Of a stretch of DNA of 64,000 nucleotides, positions 47,056-57,524 are shown one piece after another; within the stretch, counting starts at the first letter, position 1, and every line of letters begins with the position of its first letter. The position numbers and the translations under genes were made by a program. The stretch is from Parcubacteria group bacterium. GTDB lineage: Bacteria > Patescibacteriota > Patescibacteriia > UBA2169. The stretch lies in the NCBI GenBank assembly GCA_016181765.1, contig JACOYR010000001.1, positions 93,062 to 157,061 on the forward strand, written 5' to 3'. Under the pieces are notes generated by a model, which was not told where the DNA came from, made no database searches, and worked only from the letters and a program-made list of their open reading frames with translations.

Positions 47056-47730
47056 TTACGTGTTATTAGAATGCTCAACTCCCCGTACGAGCATAAACGC
47101 TTCAGCAACCGCAACCCCGGCCTCAGAACCCCGAACTTTTGCCAGTGCTTCCAGAAGCTCCAAGGACCGCGGGTGGGGGTACTCCCGCATTTCAGAAGAA
47201 TATGCCTTCATTGCGCCTAGCTTTACCTGCAGACCCTCCTGCGAAATCCCTACATAATAGGTGGGAACAAAATTCCCCAGGATTCTCCCCCACTCGGTTT
47301 CTGATACGGTTTCGTAGCACAGGATTTTTTGTATGCGCAGACCATGGAGCGGTCTGGTTGCGACCAATCCTGCCTCAAAAACTAATCGGTGATCTTTGTT
47401 TAAGTCCCCTCCGTGGGGAAGGAGAACAACATCCGGATTAATTTCTTTAACTACGTCCAGCAAAGCGTTGTTCAGCTCTTTTTGCGGAATCGTATCCAGT
47501 TTTGCGGCGGGCAAATCTAAAAGAAACGTCTTTTTAATCTGAAGTATGCGGTGCGCATCTTCTATCTCGCGACGCCGATTTGTTATGAACTCCGCGGACC
47601 AATCCGGCGTGTATGCGCTCGTCACAATGCAGACGTACACGTGATGTCCGTCTTTGACGTATTGCGCAATTGAACCACCGCAACCAAGTACTTCATCATC
47701 AGCATGCGATGCAATAACAAGAATATTCAT
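47056..47730 (-). CDS. PIG-L/LmbE-family N-acetyl-sugar deacetylase
   Basis: ILVIASHADDEVLGCGG is the zinc-binding HxDD signature. Confidence 0.75.
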   Translation of the reverse strand: MNILVIASHADDEVLGCGGSIAQYVKDGHHVYVCIVTSAYTPDWSAEFITNRRREIEDAHRILQIKKTFLLDLPAAKLDTIPQKELNNALLDVVKEINPDVVLLPHGGDLNKDHRLVFEAGLVATRPLHGLRIQKILCYETVSETEWGRILGNFVPTYYVGISQEGLQVKLGAMKAYSSEMREYPHPRSLELLEALAKVRGSEAGVAVAEAFMLVRGVEHSNNT

Positions 47731-48830
47731 ACGTTCTTCTTGTATAAATTCTTAATAACCCGGCATACGTGCATTATTTCGCTGTTAGGCATGTGCGAAT
47801 ACAGCGGGACATCCAGAATAGCGCGTGCGAGCCTGTTGGTTTCCGGCAAAGGCACATTTTTATACTTCACATAGACTTTCTTTTGGTGCAGCGGCGGATC
47901 AAAATATGCCTTGGTCTGAATATTGTTTTTCTTAAGTTCGGCAAGCAGTTGGTCGCGGGACGCGCCGAATTTTTTCTTATCAATTACTATTGCCAAGTCT
48001 TTGTATACCGAAAATGCATTAGGCAGCACTTCCTGGAAAGAAATCCCGGCAACTGACGCCAACTCTTCTTTGTAACGCGCGACTTTGGCGCGACGCTCCT
48101 TGATTGCCGTGCGCAAAATCTTCAACCCCTCAATACCCAGGATAGCACTCGGCTCGCTCATACGGGCAGACAACCCCAAAAACTCCTCATTCCGGTTAAA
48201 GCTGTCGCCGTTGTGCTTGGCAAGCTGCAGTTTGTGCGCCAGCTGCCTGTTGTTGGTTGCAATAAGCCCGCCTTCTGCAGTGGTGAGCAGCTTTGTCGGG
48301 GTGAGACTGTAAATGGCGGCATCGCCGAACTGGGCCACTGATTTTTTATTGTAGCGCGCCCCGAACGCGTGCGCGGCATCATAGATGACTTTAAGCTTGT
48401 GCTTTTTTGCGATACGCCCTATTGCCCTAATGTCGCACGGATTTCCAAACACGTGCGTGGGCATAATCGCGGATGTTTTTTTGGTGATCTTTTTCTCAAT
48501 GACGTCCGGATCCACGTTAAAAGTGCCGGGATCAACATCAACAAACACGGGCTTAAGGTTATTCCAGAGGAGCGTGTGACCACCTGATGTGAACGTAAAG
48601 CTCGGAAGTATGACTTCGCCTTTCAAATCCATGCACTTGAGCGTTAAAAGAAGCGCGCTGGTTCCGCTATTCACGGCAACAACGTGCTTTACGCCCAAAA
48701 AACGCGCGCAACGATCTTCGAATTCCCGAGTAAACTTAAATTCGGTAATCATGCCCGAGCGGAACATCTCCTCCATCTTTTTATGTATTGATGAGAGGTC
48801 GGGTAAATTTGGTCTGGTGAGTGGAATCAT
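47727..48830 (-). CDS. DegT/DnrJ/EryC1-family PLP-dependent sugar aminotransferase (PseC/LegC-like)
   Basis: The 367 aa ORF has a GTSAL motif and a PLP-Lys region (SLTPTKLLTTAEGG). Confidence 0.85.
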   Translation of the reverse strand: MIPLTRPNLPDLSSIHKKMEEMFRSGMITEFKFTREFEDRCARFLGVKHVVAVNSGTSALLLTLKCMDLKGEVILPSFTFTSGGHTLLWNNLKPVFVDVDPGTFNVDPDVIEKKITKKTSAIMPTHVFGNPCDIRAIGRIAKKHKLKVIYDAAHAFGARYNKKSVAQFGDAAIYSLTPTKLLTTAEGGLIATNNRQLAHKLQLAKHNGDSFNRNEEFLGLSARMSEPSAILGIEGLKILRTAIKERRAKVARYKEELASVAGISFQEVLPNAFSVYKDLAIVIDKKKFGASRDQLLAELKKNNIQTKAYFDPPLHQKKVYVKYKNVPLPETNRLARAILDVPLYSHMPNSEIMHVCRVIKNLYKKNV

Positions 48831-48835
48831 AATAG

Positions 48836-49987
48836 TTAGTAGGTTATTTTTTTATGGAGTAATGCTTCGTCAATTTTTACTGTATCCAGTATGTCGACGA
48901 TTTTTTTTGCCGCATGTCCGTCTCCGTAAGGGCTCTTAAGGTGTTTGACCTTTCGCAGAAACCGCGTATCATGCAACGCTTTTTTTATCGCTTTTCGTAT
49001 GTGCTCCTTATTATAATCCACATCAATAACGTTTCCGGCGCGCTCTCTGCCGCCCTGCCGCGGACCAATGTTGACCGCAGGAACTCTGAATGAGGGCGCC
49101 TCTATAATTGCCGAGGATGAATTCCCCACAATAACTGAAGTGTGCTTCAGCAACCCAAGGTAATCTTCGAAAGGCACGTTTTTGTACGCATGCATAAACG
49201 GAAGCTTCTCAAATGCTTTTATGTCGCTCACCATGCGCCGGGCATAGGTATCTGAATTCGGATATACCACAATACTTGCCACATCCAGTTCCTTAAGCGC
49301 CCCCAAGGTCATGCGCATTTCATGCGGAGGTGCGCCGAATTCAAGCGTTAATGGATGCTGAATCACTAATGCATATGGTTTTCTAAAATCAATCTTATAC
49401 TTTTTAGCAAGCTCATCTTTGCCTGGCAAGAGCGCGTGCAGAATGGTATCCAGCGCAGGCGACCCGGTTCGGTGGACGCGCCATGGCTCTTCCCCCAGCT
49501 TTTTAATCCGCTCCGCGGATTGCTTAGTGCACGCAAAGTGGATATGCGAAAACTTGGTAATGGAAAAACGGATTGCCTCATCAATATGGCCGCCGGTTGC
49601 CACCTCTCCGCCGGCTATGTGCGCAACTGGAATATCGGAACAGAGCCCGGCAACTGCTGCGGCAAACGGCTCTTCCCGGTCTCCAAGCACCACAACGATA
49701 TCCGGCTTCAGGCGTTTAAAAATCTTGGTAAACTGGATTATGCCCGTTCCGGCGGACTGCGCCATGCGCGCGCCGGTGTCGCCCGTAAGGAGTGTATTAA
49801 ATGTTGCTGCAACTCGAAAACCGTCTTTCTTAATTTCGTTGATAGTGTAGCCAAACTGTTTCGAAAGATGCATGCCGCCAACCACGAGCTGCAGTTTAAG
49901 GCGGGGATGTTTTTGAATGGCAGAAAGCACGGGCTTTAAAATGCCATATTCAGACCGCGCTCCGGTTATGACTGCTATTTTTCTCAT
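48836..49987 (-). CDS. Hydrolysing UDP-N-acetylglucosamine 2-epimerase (NeuC/LegG-type), copy 2
   Basis: Paralog of the ORF at 37749-38897 (DIVVVLGDREEPFAAAVAGLCSDIPVAHIAGGEV; HFACTKQ). Confidence 0.8.
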   Translation of the reverse strand: MRKIAVITGARSEYGILKPVLSAIQKHPRLKLQLVVGGMHLSKQFGYTINEIKKDGFRVAATFNTLLTGDTGARMAQSAGTGIIQFTKIFKRLKPDIVVVLGDREEPFAAAVAGLCSDIPVAHIAGGEVATGGHIDEAIRFSITKFSHIHFACTKQSAERIKKLGEEPWRVHRTGSPALDTILHALLPGKDELAKKYKIDFRKPYALVIQHPLTLEFGAPPHEMRMTLGALKELDVASIVVYPNSDTYARRMVSDIKAFEKLPFMHAYKNVPFEDYLGLLKHTSVIVGNSSSAIIEAPSFRVPAVNIGPRQGGRERAGNVIDVDYNKEHIRKAIKKALHDTRFLRKVKHLKSPYGDGHAAKKIVDILDTVKIDEALLHKKITY

Positions 49988-50670
49988 AGTGTTTGGCTAA
50001 GTATCTCGCGGCTTTTTGGCCCACAATTAAAGAGTAAATCTACAATGGACATATTTGGCGCAAAACCGTCCTGGGGAAACTGCTGTTCATACACGGGATG
50101 GTTGAAATCTTGGAACTCGACTGCTATGCCTTCTTCTTCAAATCTCTTTAAATCCATATAATTTTTTCCACCTTCCCCGGAAAGGTAGAAATCTGCATTC
50201 ACTTTTTTGCAGATAGTAATAAGCAACTCTGTGCTTTTGCCCTCAACTCCGAGCTCGGATGATTTTTGAATGGGAACCGCTATATCCAGCATGCTCATAA
50301 GGTACTGCATCAGGTGCATATCAAGATCGGAAATATTTTGCCAGTCGCGGCTAAAGGTCTCCGTAAAAAAATCTGCATGCTTTTTAAAGAAAGGGGCGTT
50401 CGCATAATTATGCTGCAGCGTAAGCAAATGCTCACGTTTCCAGTCCGTCTGGTTATTGATTAGCACCGTGTTAATAGAGCTTCGGTGAAATTTGTGCATA
50501 ATGGGAACAGTCAGCCAATGGGTTCCATGCGGAGTCTTAATCCGATTCCGGTTAATGAACCCGCGCTGGTACTGAACATGGTCCAGTGCAACATACAAAT
50601 CACACGTGGTGAGTTTGTCGAAAAATCCAAGCCACGGGAGATACTCTGGTTGGTGAATGACGATCTTCAT
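49984..50670 (-). CDS. WbqC-family protein
   Basis: MKIVIHQPEYLPWLGFF is the characteristic WbqC N-terminus. The family is usually found in amino-sugar biosynthesis loci. Confidence 0.7.
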   Translation of the reverse strand: MKIVIHQPEYLPWLGFFDKLTTCDLYVALDHVQYQRGFINRNRIKTPHGTHWLTVPIMHKFHRSSINTVLINNQTDWKREHLLTLQHNYANAPFFKKHADFFTETFSRDWQNISDLDMHLMQYLMSMLDIAVPIQKSSELGVEGKSTELLITICKKVNADFYLSGEGGKNYMDLKRFEEEGIAVEFQDFNHPVYEQQFPQDGFAPNMSIVDLLFNCGPKSREILSQTL

Positions 50671-51599
50671 ACATTGTACTTTTTAAGTTCGCCGATATAT
50701 TGCTGTAATCCTTTATCCAGCGGCGTGGGCTTGAATCCCAGCAATCGTTTTGCCTTGGCAATATCAAAATAGAAGTGTGATGCGGGATTTTTAGCCAGCT
50801 TTGTGCCACATACAATGTTGGAGGCAGATTTGCTTATCCGAATAATTTTCTCCGCCAATTCTTTTATATTCACCTCTTTGCCGCTGCCGATATTAATGAT
50901 TTCAAACCCGAGCGTCCCTGCCTTTTTAAACGCCTGCTCATTTGCGCGGGCAATGTCCGGCGCGCTTACAATGTCCCAGTTGATATTATTATCAATCTTG
51001 ATTGGCGCGTCTTGGAGCGCATTGCTGGTAAAGTTTGCCAGCGCGCCCCAGTATCGCCGTAGGCCGTACGCGCCGACATACCGCAGTACGACAACATTGA
51101 TGCTGTGCGTTTTCGCGTAAAACTCGCACGACTGCTCTCCGAGCAGTTTGGTAAAACTGTAAAAATCATACGGCCGCGCCGGATGGGTTTCGCGGACCGG
51201 CAATTCTGTAACGCCGGTTCCGTATATACTCATTGAAGAACTATACACAAACGTTTTCACGCCGTGCAGCCTGCACGCCTCCAACAGATTGAGCGTGCCC
51301 TGCACATTTGCCTTAAAAAACGACTGAACGCTCTCTATTGGTTTTGGGGAATGCAGAGCCGCAACATGCACCACGCCCGCCGGCTGAATGCGTTTAACAA
51401 TGTTCGATACAGACCGAGCATTGGCAATATCGACCTTTGCAAGTTTAAAATTCTTTTTATACTCAAGATGGCGCGCCTTTTCTTTGGTGCTGTGGTAGAG
51501 CCCAACAACCGAATACCCTGCATTCACGAAACGCTCGCAAACATGGGACCCGAGGAATCCGCCGACACCGGTTATGAGTATTGTTTTCTTATTTGCCAT
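50667..51599 (-). CDS. NAD-dependent epimerase/dehydratase (SDR)
   Basis: ILITGVGGFLGSH and a YxxxK region. The start is the internal Met (MANKK) at 51599. Confidence 0.7.
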   Translation of the reverse strand: MANKKTILITGVGGFLGSHVCERFVNAGYSVVGLYHSTKEKARHLEYKKNFKLAKVDIANARSVSNIVKRIQPAGVVHVAALHSPKPIESVQSFFKANVQGTLNLLEACRLHGVKTFVYSSSMSIYGTGVTELPVRETHPARPYDFYSFTKLLGEQSCEFYAKTHSINVVVLRYVGAYGLRRYWGALANFTSNALQDAPIKIDNNINWDIVSAPDIARANEQAFKKAGTLGFEIINIGSGKEVNIKELAEKIIRISKSASNIVCGTKLAKNPASHFYFDIAKAKRLLGFKPTPLDKGLQQYIGELKKYNV

Positions 51600-52659
51600 A
51601 GTGCTTTTTGGTAAGTAACATATCAGCAGCAATGTCCTTTACTGCCTGTTTCCCAAGCAACACGGAATAATAACGCGGCGGCAATCCAGTCCCCGGCCGT
51701 TTAATTCCGATGTTTGTCCGCGTAAAGCGCTCGCCTTTTTTTATAACGGCCGTCGTAACCAAACTTTTCCGTGCGTTTTTAATCATGGGGATTTCGCAGA
51801 CAACCGGCTTTTTTTGGGATGATCCAAGTATGGCCGGAGTTTCGTGGATCGCACTCACCATACAAGCAAATTCTTCCGGCTCAAGGGACGCGGCATGGTC
51901 CGGGCCCTCTGCCTGTTTGTCGAGGGTGAGATGTTTTTCGATAACACATGCCCCGAGTGCTGCCGCCATAATCGGCACATGGATGCCGAGCGTATGGTCG
52001 GAATACCCAACTAATACGCCTAATTCATGCATCATGGTTTGCATTGCCGCAAGATTAACATCGCCTAAAGGGCATGGATAGCTGGTTGTGCAATGTAAAG
52101 CAATAATCTTATCATTCCCCGCTTTCTTAATGCATTGAATGGCATCCTTAACTTCTTGTAAGGTCGACATTCCAGTTCCCAATATCATTGGTTTTTTAAA
52201 TTTAGCAGCATATTCCAAAACCGGTAAATTCGCAAGATCGCCGGAGCCTATTTTAAATGCTTTAACGCCGAGCCTTTGCAAAAAATCAACTGATGAGAAT
52301 CCACTTCCCGGGGTTGATAAAAATAGTATGCCGCGCTTTTTACAGCGTTTGATTATTTTTTCATAATACTCTTCTTTAAGCTCCAGCGGACGCAGCATTT
52401 CCAATTGGCTTTGCTTTTTACCGATATTTTTTTTCTGGTATGCAGCCATAGGAACGCTTGCAGTTGTCACTTCCGCGGCCTTAAACGTCTGGAACTTTAC
52501 AGCATCAGCGCCGGCAATGGCCGCGGCATCCACGAGCCGTAATGCCACATCAAGCTTTCCGTTGTGGTTGACCCCTGCCTCGGCAATAATAAAAGTAGGA
52601 TGGCCATATCCGACTTTTTTTCTTCCTATCTTGATAGTTTGTGCGCGTGCGTGCTTCAT
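51589..52659 (-). CDS. NeuB-family nonulosonic acid synthase, copy 2
   Basis: FIIAEAGVNHNG, KFQTF, GYSDHT and a C-terminal SAF domain. Confidence 0.8.
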   Translation of the reverse strand: MKHARAQTIKIGRKKVGYGHPTFIIAEAGVNHNGKLDVALRLVDAAAIAGADAVKFQTFKAAEVTTASVPMAAYQKKNIGKKQSQLEMLRPLELKEEYYEKIIKRCKKRGILFLSTPGSGFSSVDFLQRLGVKAFKIGSGDLANLPVLEYAAKFKKPMILGTGMSTLQEVKDAIQCIKKAGNDKIIALHCTTSYPCPLGDVNLAAMQTMMHELGVLVGYSDHTLGIHVPIMAAALGACVIEKHLTLDKQAEGPDHAASLEPEEFACMVSAIHETPAILGSSQKKPVVCEIPMIKNARKSLVTTAVIKKGERFTRTNIGIKRPGTGLPPRYYSVLLGKQAVKDIAADMLLTKKHYGK

Positions 52660-53660
52660 ACGGTAATTCGTTTTCCTGTTCGCGAACTTTCTTCTAAAGC
52701 AAACATGGTTTTAAGCAGTTGGCTGTTCTCTTTAAAAGTGTAAGGATATTCTCCTTGACTGTTAATAGCGTCCACGAAGATTTTAATTTCCTCATTATAC
52801 ATCTCTTCTTCGTTGACATAGCCTTTTTCTGGATGTCCTTTGGGCACGGAAATTATTTCGGTCTTTTTTGATTCCGCGTCATACACGCGAATCTCCGAAT
52901 CAAACCGCTCCCACTCAAGAATACCTTCCGAGCCCAACACGCGCAACGTCCGAAACGGCTTGCGGGAAATAACGTCGATCATAATATTTCCCCTAATCCC
53001 GTTTTCGTATTTGATATTTGCCATAAACATATCATCCGCCTCCATGTCCAGATCAGAAACTTTTTCCACGGATCCTGAAATTTCTGCAACAGCTGAACCC
53101 ATCAGCCAATTAAGCAAAATCAGCTCAAATGGAAGCATTTCGCGGCACGCGCCGGTTTCTTTTTTAGAAAAATACACCTCGCGATAATCCTCCCATGGGT
53201 GCCAATCCGGCAGGTACTGGCCCATATGATATTGAAACGCCAAAATTTTACCGATTCTGCCTTCTTCTAAAATATTTTTCATCATCTTAATCGGGGTATA
53301 AAAACGCATAGTACACGAAGGCGCTTTGATAATATCCAAATCCGCGGATTTAAAAATGTCTTCATAACCATCATCATTAACCGGATGCTCAACAAAAAAG
53401 TGTTTGTTATGCTTGAGCGCGAAACGGATGTAATCCCCGTGCGCCTCCGGAGATGTCGAAATAATCACCACATCAAAATCATCCGGGGAAATATCTTTAA
53501 AATCGGCAATGATTTTGATTCCGTATTTTGACTTTGCTTCCTCGTTCCGATCAGGGCGGATATCAAAGCCAACGATATCGCGCTCGTTGTTCGCGAGTAG
53601 GTTCCGAATCCTGCGTTTTCCCATGGACCCCAAGCCCACGATTAAAAATCTCAATTTCAT
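52656..53660 (-). CDS. Gfo/Idh/MocA-family oxidoreductase
   Basis: N-terminal Rossmann motif (LIVGLGSMGKRR) and a Gfo-type fold of this length. Confidence 0.7.
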   Translation of the reverse strand: MKLRFLIVGLGSMGKRRIRNLLANNERDIVGFDIRPDRNEEAKSKYGIKIIADFKDISPDDFDVVIISTSPEAHGDYIRFALKHNKHFFVEHPVNDDGYEDIFKSADLDIIKAPSCTMRFYTPIKMMKNILEEGRIGKILAFQYHMGQYLPDWHPWEDYREVYFSKKETGACREMLPFELILLNWLMGSAVAEISGSVEKVSDLDMEADDMFMANIKYENGIRGNIMIDVISRKPFRTLRVLGSEGILEWERFDSEIRVYDAESKKTEIISVPKGHPEKGYVNEEEMYNEEIKIFVDAINSQGEYPYTFKENSQLLKTMFALEESSRTGKRITV

Positions 53661-54373
53661 ATCCGTTTAATGCGCGCTTTAATGCTCTTTCTGTTCTTAA
53701 ACAAAAGTTCCGCGACCACCCAATCCTCCGGAGTATCCAAATCAACCGAACGCCACGCAGCGCAGACAACGGCCTTGGTGTGTTTGGTAACCACCTGTTT
53801 TTCTTTCAAAAGCGCCTTTACTTTAACAATATACACAAAACAACCATTCAATAAATATCCCTTAGGCCAATCTTGTGCGTTAGTTGACGGGTGTGCTGAT
53901 TTATTCGCCAGAACTATATTTTGCTTGCTGTCCAAATGGTACAACCGGGGATGCGTAGGGCATACAGTAAGCACGGTGGTTGCGTTTGAGTCCCGCATAA
54001 GCTTCCATGAGCGCGCAATATCTTCCATCTCGCGCAGCGGCGAGGTCGTCTGCAGAATCATAACGTGCGTGGGCTCGTACCCCTCTTCCTTTTTGAGCCA
54101 GGCAAGTAGGTACAAAATCGCATCCACGCCCTGCGACGTGTCCTGCGCCAGGCGCTTGGGCCGCAAAAACGGGGCCTCCGCACCGAGCTTTTTTGCCAAC
54201 GCGGCAATCTTCGGCGAATCCGTATCAACAATCACCCGATCGGCGAACTTCACTTTTCTTGCCTGCTCAATAGTGTACGCAATAAGCGGCCTGCCTAAAA
54301 ACGGGCGGATATTCTTACGCGGAATCCGCTTGGAGCCGTAGCGTGCCGGAATGATAATAAGTAGCTTATGCAT
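53657..54373 (-). CDS. CMP-nonulosonate synthetase (cytidylyltransferase), copy 2
   Basis: IIIPARYGSKRIPRKNI...GRPLI. Confidence 0.8.
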   Translation of the reverse strand: MHKLLIIIPARYGSKRIPRKNIRPFLGRPLIAYTIEQARKVKFADRVIVDTDSPKIAALAKKLGAEAPFLRPKRLAQDTSQGVDAILYLLAWLKKEEGYEPTHVMILQTTSPLREMEDIARSWKLMRDSNATTVLTVCPTHPRLYHLDSKQNIVLANKSAHPSTNAQDWPKGYLLNGCFVYIVKVKALLKEKQVVTKHTKAVVCAAWRSVDLDTPEDWVVAELLFKNRKSIKARIKRI

Positions 54374-56059
54374 GTTTGATAATCAATGTTGTATTAAGCA
54401 GCAACGCATCCAAACCGGAATTGGTGAATGTATGCCAGGCATCTTCCGCGTTTCGCACAATGGGCTCTCCGTGCAGATTGAACGACGTATTCAGCAGCGC
54501 GCCGATGCCCGTCTTCTTCTCAAAATCCCGGATCAGCCCGTAGTAGTCCGGATTTGCTTCCTGGGTCACCATCTGCGGGCGCACCGTAAAATCCGCCGGG
54601 TGAATGGCCGCGGCAAGGTGCTCCTGCCCGAGCGGCGTGGTGTCGAACGCTATGGTCATGTACGGCGATTCAATGCCTTTCGGGTTCATCAGATAGTCAT
54701 TGGCGCGGTAATCCAGAATACTTGGCGTAAACGGCATCCAGAAATCCCTGAATTTTATTTTCTCGTTTATCAGCCGGATATTGTCGTAATTGGAGGGATT
54801 GCAGAGAATGGAACGATTTCCAAGCGCGCGTGCGCCAAATTCCATTGGTCCAACGCACCGCGCAACCACCTTATTGTCCACCAACAAATCCGCAATAACG
54901 TCTGTTGAGGTATTTTCTATGACTGCATACGAATTTCTGATGTGATATTTCTCAATCAACGCGGCCACCTCATCATCCGGCAAAGAAAAACCCAGATAAC
55001 CGTGGGAAAGCGGATTAACGGCAATATTGCGCTCCACACACACTGAATACGCGGCCCCAATGGCTGTTGACTCATCTCCCCCGCTCGGCGGCACAAAAAA
55101 ATTTTTAAGTCGTGGTATGCCCGCAATCGCCTGGTTGGTTTTAACATTCATGGAAAGCCCGCCGCTGTACGCCAAACTATCAACCTCCAAATGGTCCAGA
55201 ATGTTTGTCATCCACTCGACAACTAGTTCATCAACCCATTTCTGGAGTCCGGCGGCAATGCCGTCAAAACGCATTCCCTCAAGCTTTTCCCTAAAATAAA
55301 AGTACAAATCAGGCGGCTTATTATACCATTTGAAATCAATTCCGTCAACTACCAAAGTCTCTTTAAAAACTTTATATGCCGGCTCCATAATATAATCTTT
55401 TGCATACGGCGCAAGCCCCATGACTTTATATTCGTGCTCAAACGGCTTCATGCCCAAAATAAGGGTTACATAGCGGTAAATGCGCGCAAGGTTGCACATG
55501 TTGATTCCGTGGACTTTCTCCAGTTTTCCGTTTTCCGCGCGCCAGATGGTTGCGTTCTCTCCGTCGCCCCAGCCGTCGGCAGTAACCACTGCCGCAGGAG
55601 TGGTTTTGTCGATATTGGAAGCGTAATACGCAAACGAAGCATGGCAACGATGATGGTTATCGTTTCCAGGAAACCTAAATCATAGTACTGGTTTTCAAGA
55701 TTTTGGAATCGGGGTTCCCGCATAATCTTCTCCCAAAACGTTGAGGGCTTTTTTTCTATCAGTAGCGGTTTCCAATGCTCATGCATTTCCCGGACATAAT
55801 CCGCAATTTTAAATGTGGTAATCCGTTTGATCTTAAAATCAATAGGGCTTAAGGGCAGCGCGGATGTGTACACCACATAATCAATATCAGGGCCGGCCAA
55901 ACCGGTTTCCGCAAGCGCCCGCCGGATAGTCTGGTGCGGATAGCCAACATCATTTTTCAAACGCGTAATGCGCTCCTCGGATGCGGCATACAGAACCCTG
56001 CCGTCTTTGATGAGGGCGGCGGTTGCGTTGTGATTTTCGTTGATTCCAAGGACAATCAT
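54366..56059 (-). pseudogene. NodU/CmcH-family carbamoyltransferase interrupted by a -1 frameshift, either a pseudogene or an assembly error
   Basis: The N-terminal ORF (55466-56059, MIVLGINENHNATAA...) and the C-terminal ORF (54366-55589) belong to one approximately 564 aa carbamoyltransferase. The HHRCHASFAYYAS motif lies in the C-frame upstream of its called start. The frames join near 55655-55672 at a short A/T run. Confidence 0.65.
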
Positions 56060-56089
56060 ATACTTGTTAGGATTGGTTTAATGAATTAA

Positions 56090-57523
56090 TTATGCCGGTA
56101 GGCGCTTCCGCGAGCCATCTTCTAATATTTCATCTAAATAATCAACCATTCTCCGGGAAGATTTCCCGTCTACTTTATAACAAAGTTTCTCGCGCAATAA
56201 TGCCCTTTCTTGCGCTTTGTGTGTCGGGTTGTGCAAGTAGCCGTCTATCGCTTCTTTTAATGCGGCTGGAGTGTCCACTTTTGTTGTTGCTTCTGTTTCT
56301 AATACCCAAGTAAAATGATCAGAATCATACATCGTTGAAGTAATGTCTTTCCCGTTTCTATCCCCATCCTCATAGACGCAACCAAAACCAATGTTTATGA
56401 TTGGCTTATCAAAACAGGCGGCATCTAGTGTTAGCGTAGAAGCGGCATTAATCATAATATCACAGTGATAAAGCGTATTAACAAAATCAATGATTTCTTC
56501 CTTGTCTGGATCCCACCTATCCGGCATAAAATCAACTATCCGGTAGTCGTCTACGGCAACTCCTTTTTTATTTCGTAATTTTTTAAAAATATCCATATAT
56601 GCGTTAGTGTAATGGGCTCGCACCACTAATTGGCAAGGTTTTGTTAATTCGTTATTTGTCATCCATCCATATATCATTTCCGCAACTTCGTGGTCGCGTG
56701 TCGCCCAAACGCCCTCGGAGCCGAAAAAAATTAATGGAAGCGCCGGATCCAGGCCTTTCTTTTTAAAATGTTCTTCGCGGCTTTTAATAATATCTTCCCG
56801 AACATACCAATCAAACTGAGGAATGCCAACAATACGCACTCTTCTGGCAGGAATATTCTGCAGGTAAACTCCGGCATCTCTTGATGGTTTGTTTGGAACA
56901 ATAAAATAATCCGGCAAAAATTGCATGTATCCCACTGTTATATTGTCCCAACTTTTTGGCATGGAAACTACCGGAATCCTTCTCCGTTTCGCTTCTTTTA
57001 TGAAACTGGTATCCAGGTAAGACACAAAAGATGTGGAAAGTGCTATATTCGGCTTATATGTATCAAAATAAAATTGAATTTGGGGATGTTTTTGCGCAAA
57101 AAACTTTTGTTCTATAAACCGGTATAAATGTTTTATAGTTGTACTTTTACTCATGAGTATTAAATAAAGGTAACGCAGCCAAGGGATAATTTTTGTCTGT
57201 TTCAAAAATTTTTTTGAGGCAAAACGGGTTTTGGCGTTTTCATTAAAATCAAACGCGGAATGTTTCGCTGATTTGCTTAAAAGCAGATACCTAAAACTAA
57301 ATTTCGTAAATATGCGGTGCAATCGTGTTGAAGCAACCTGAACCGGAACTAATGTTACCTGATCATCTTCAAATTCATCTTTCAAATACGCAGGTATCTT
57401 CTTGGCTGGAAAAAAAACAAAAACACTGTAACCCTTCTTTTTAAGCAAATCCAACACTCCGCAACGCAAAATGTTTCTGGTGATGAATGATCTGGTAATG
57501 GTGATAAAAATCGTTTTCCGCAT
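56090..57523 (-). CDS. Putative GT-B-like transferase (TagF-like or capsule-type), paralog 2
   Basis: It shares IPVVSMPKSWDN, FFGSEG and NAASTLTLDAA blocks with the ORF at 44163-45557. The start is the internal Met (MRKTIF). Confidence 0.45.
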   Translation of the reverse strand: MRKTIFITITRSFITRNILRCGVLDLLKKKGYSVFVFFPAKKIPAYLKDEFEDDQVTLVPVQVASTRLHRIFTKFSFRYLLLSKSAKHSAFDFNENAKTRFASKKFLKQTKIIPWLRYLYLILMSKSTTIKHLYRFIEQKFFAQKHPQIQFYFDTYKPNIALSTSFVSYLDTSFIKEAKRRRIPVVSMPKSWDNITVGYMQFLPDYFIVPNKPSRDAGVYLQNIPARRVRIVGIPQFDWYVREDIIKSREEHFKKKGLDPALPLIFFGSEGVWATRDHEVAEMIYGWMTNNELTKPCQLVVRAHYTNAYMDIFKKLRNKKGVAVDDYRIVDFMPDRWDPDKEEIIDFVNTLYHCDIMINAASTLTLDAACFDKPIINIGFGCVYEDGDRNGKDITSTMYDSDHFTWVLETEATTKVDTPAALKEAIDGYLHNPTHKAQERALLREKLCYKVDGKSSRRMVDYLDEILEDGSRKRLPA

Positions 57524-57524
57524 A

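Noticed and set aside
54366-56059. Calling 55466-56059 and 54366-55589 as two separate genes
   Set aside because: The C-terminal frame continues upstream through the HHRCHAS catalytic motif to a nearby stop, and the N-terminal frame ends in nonsense sequence. A single -1 frameshift explains both, so this is one disrupted carbamoyltransferase.
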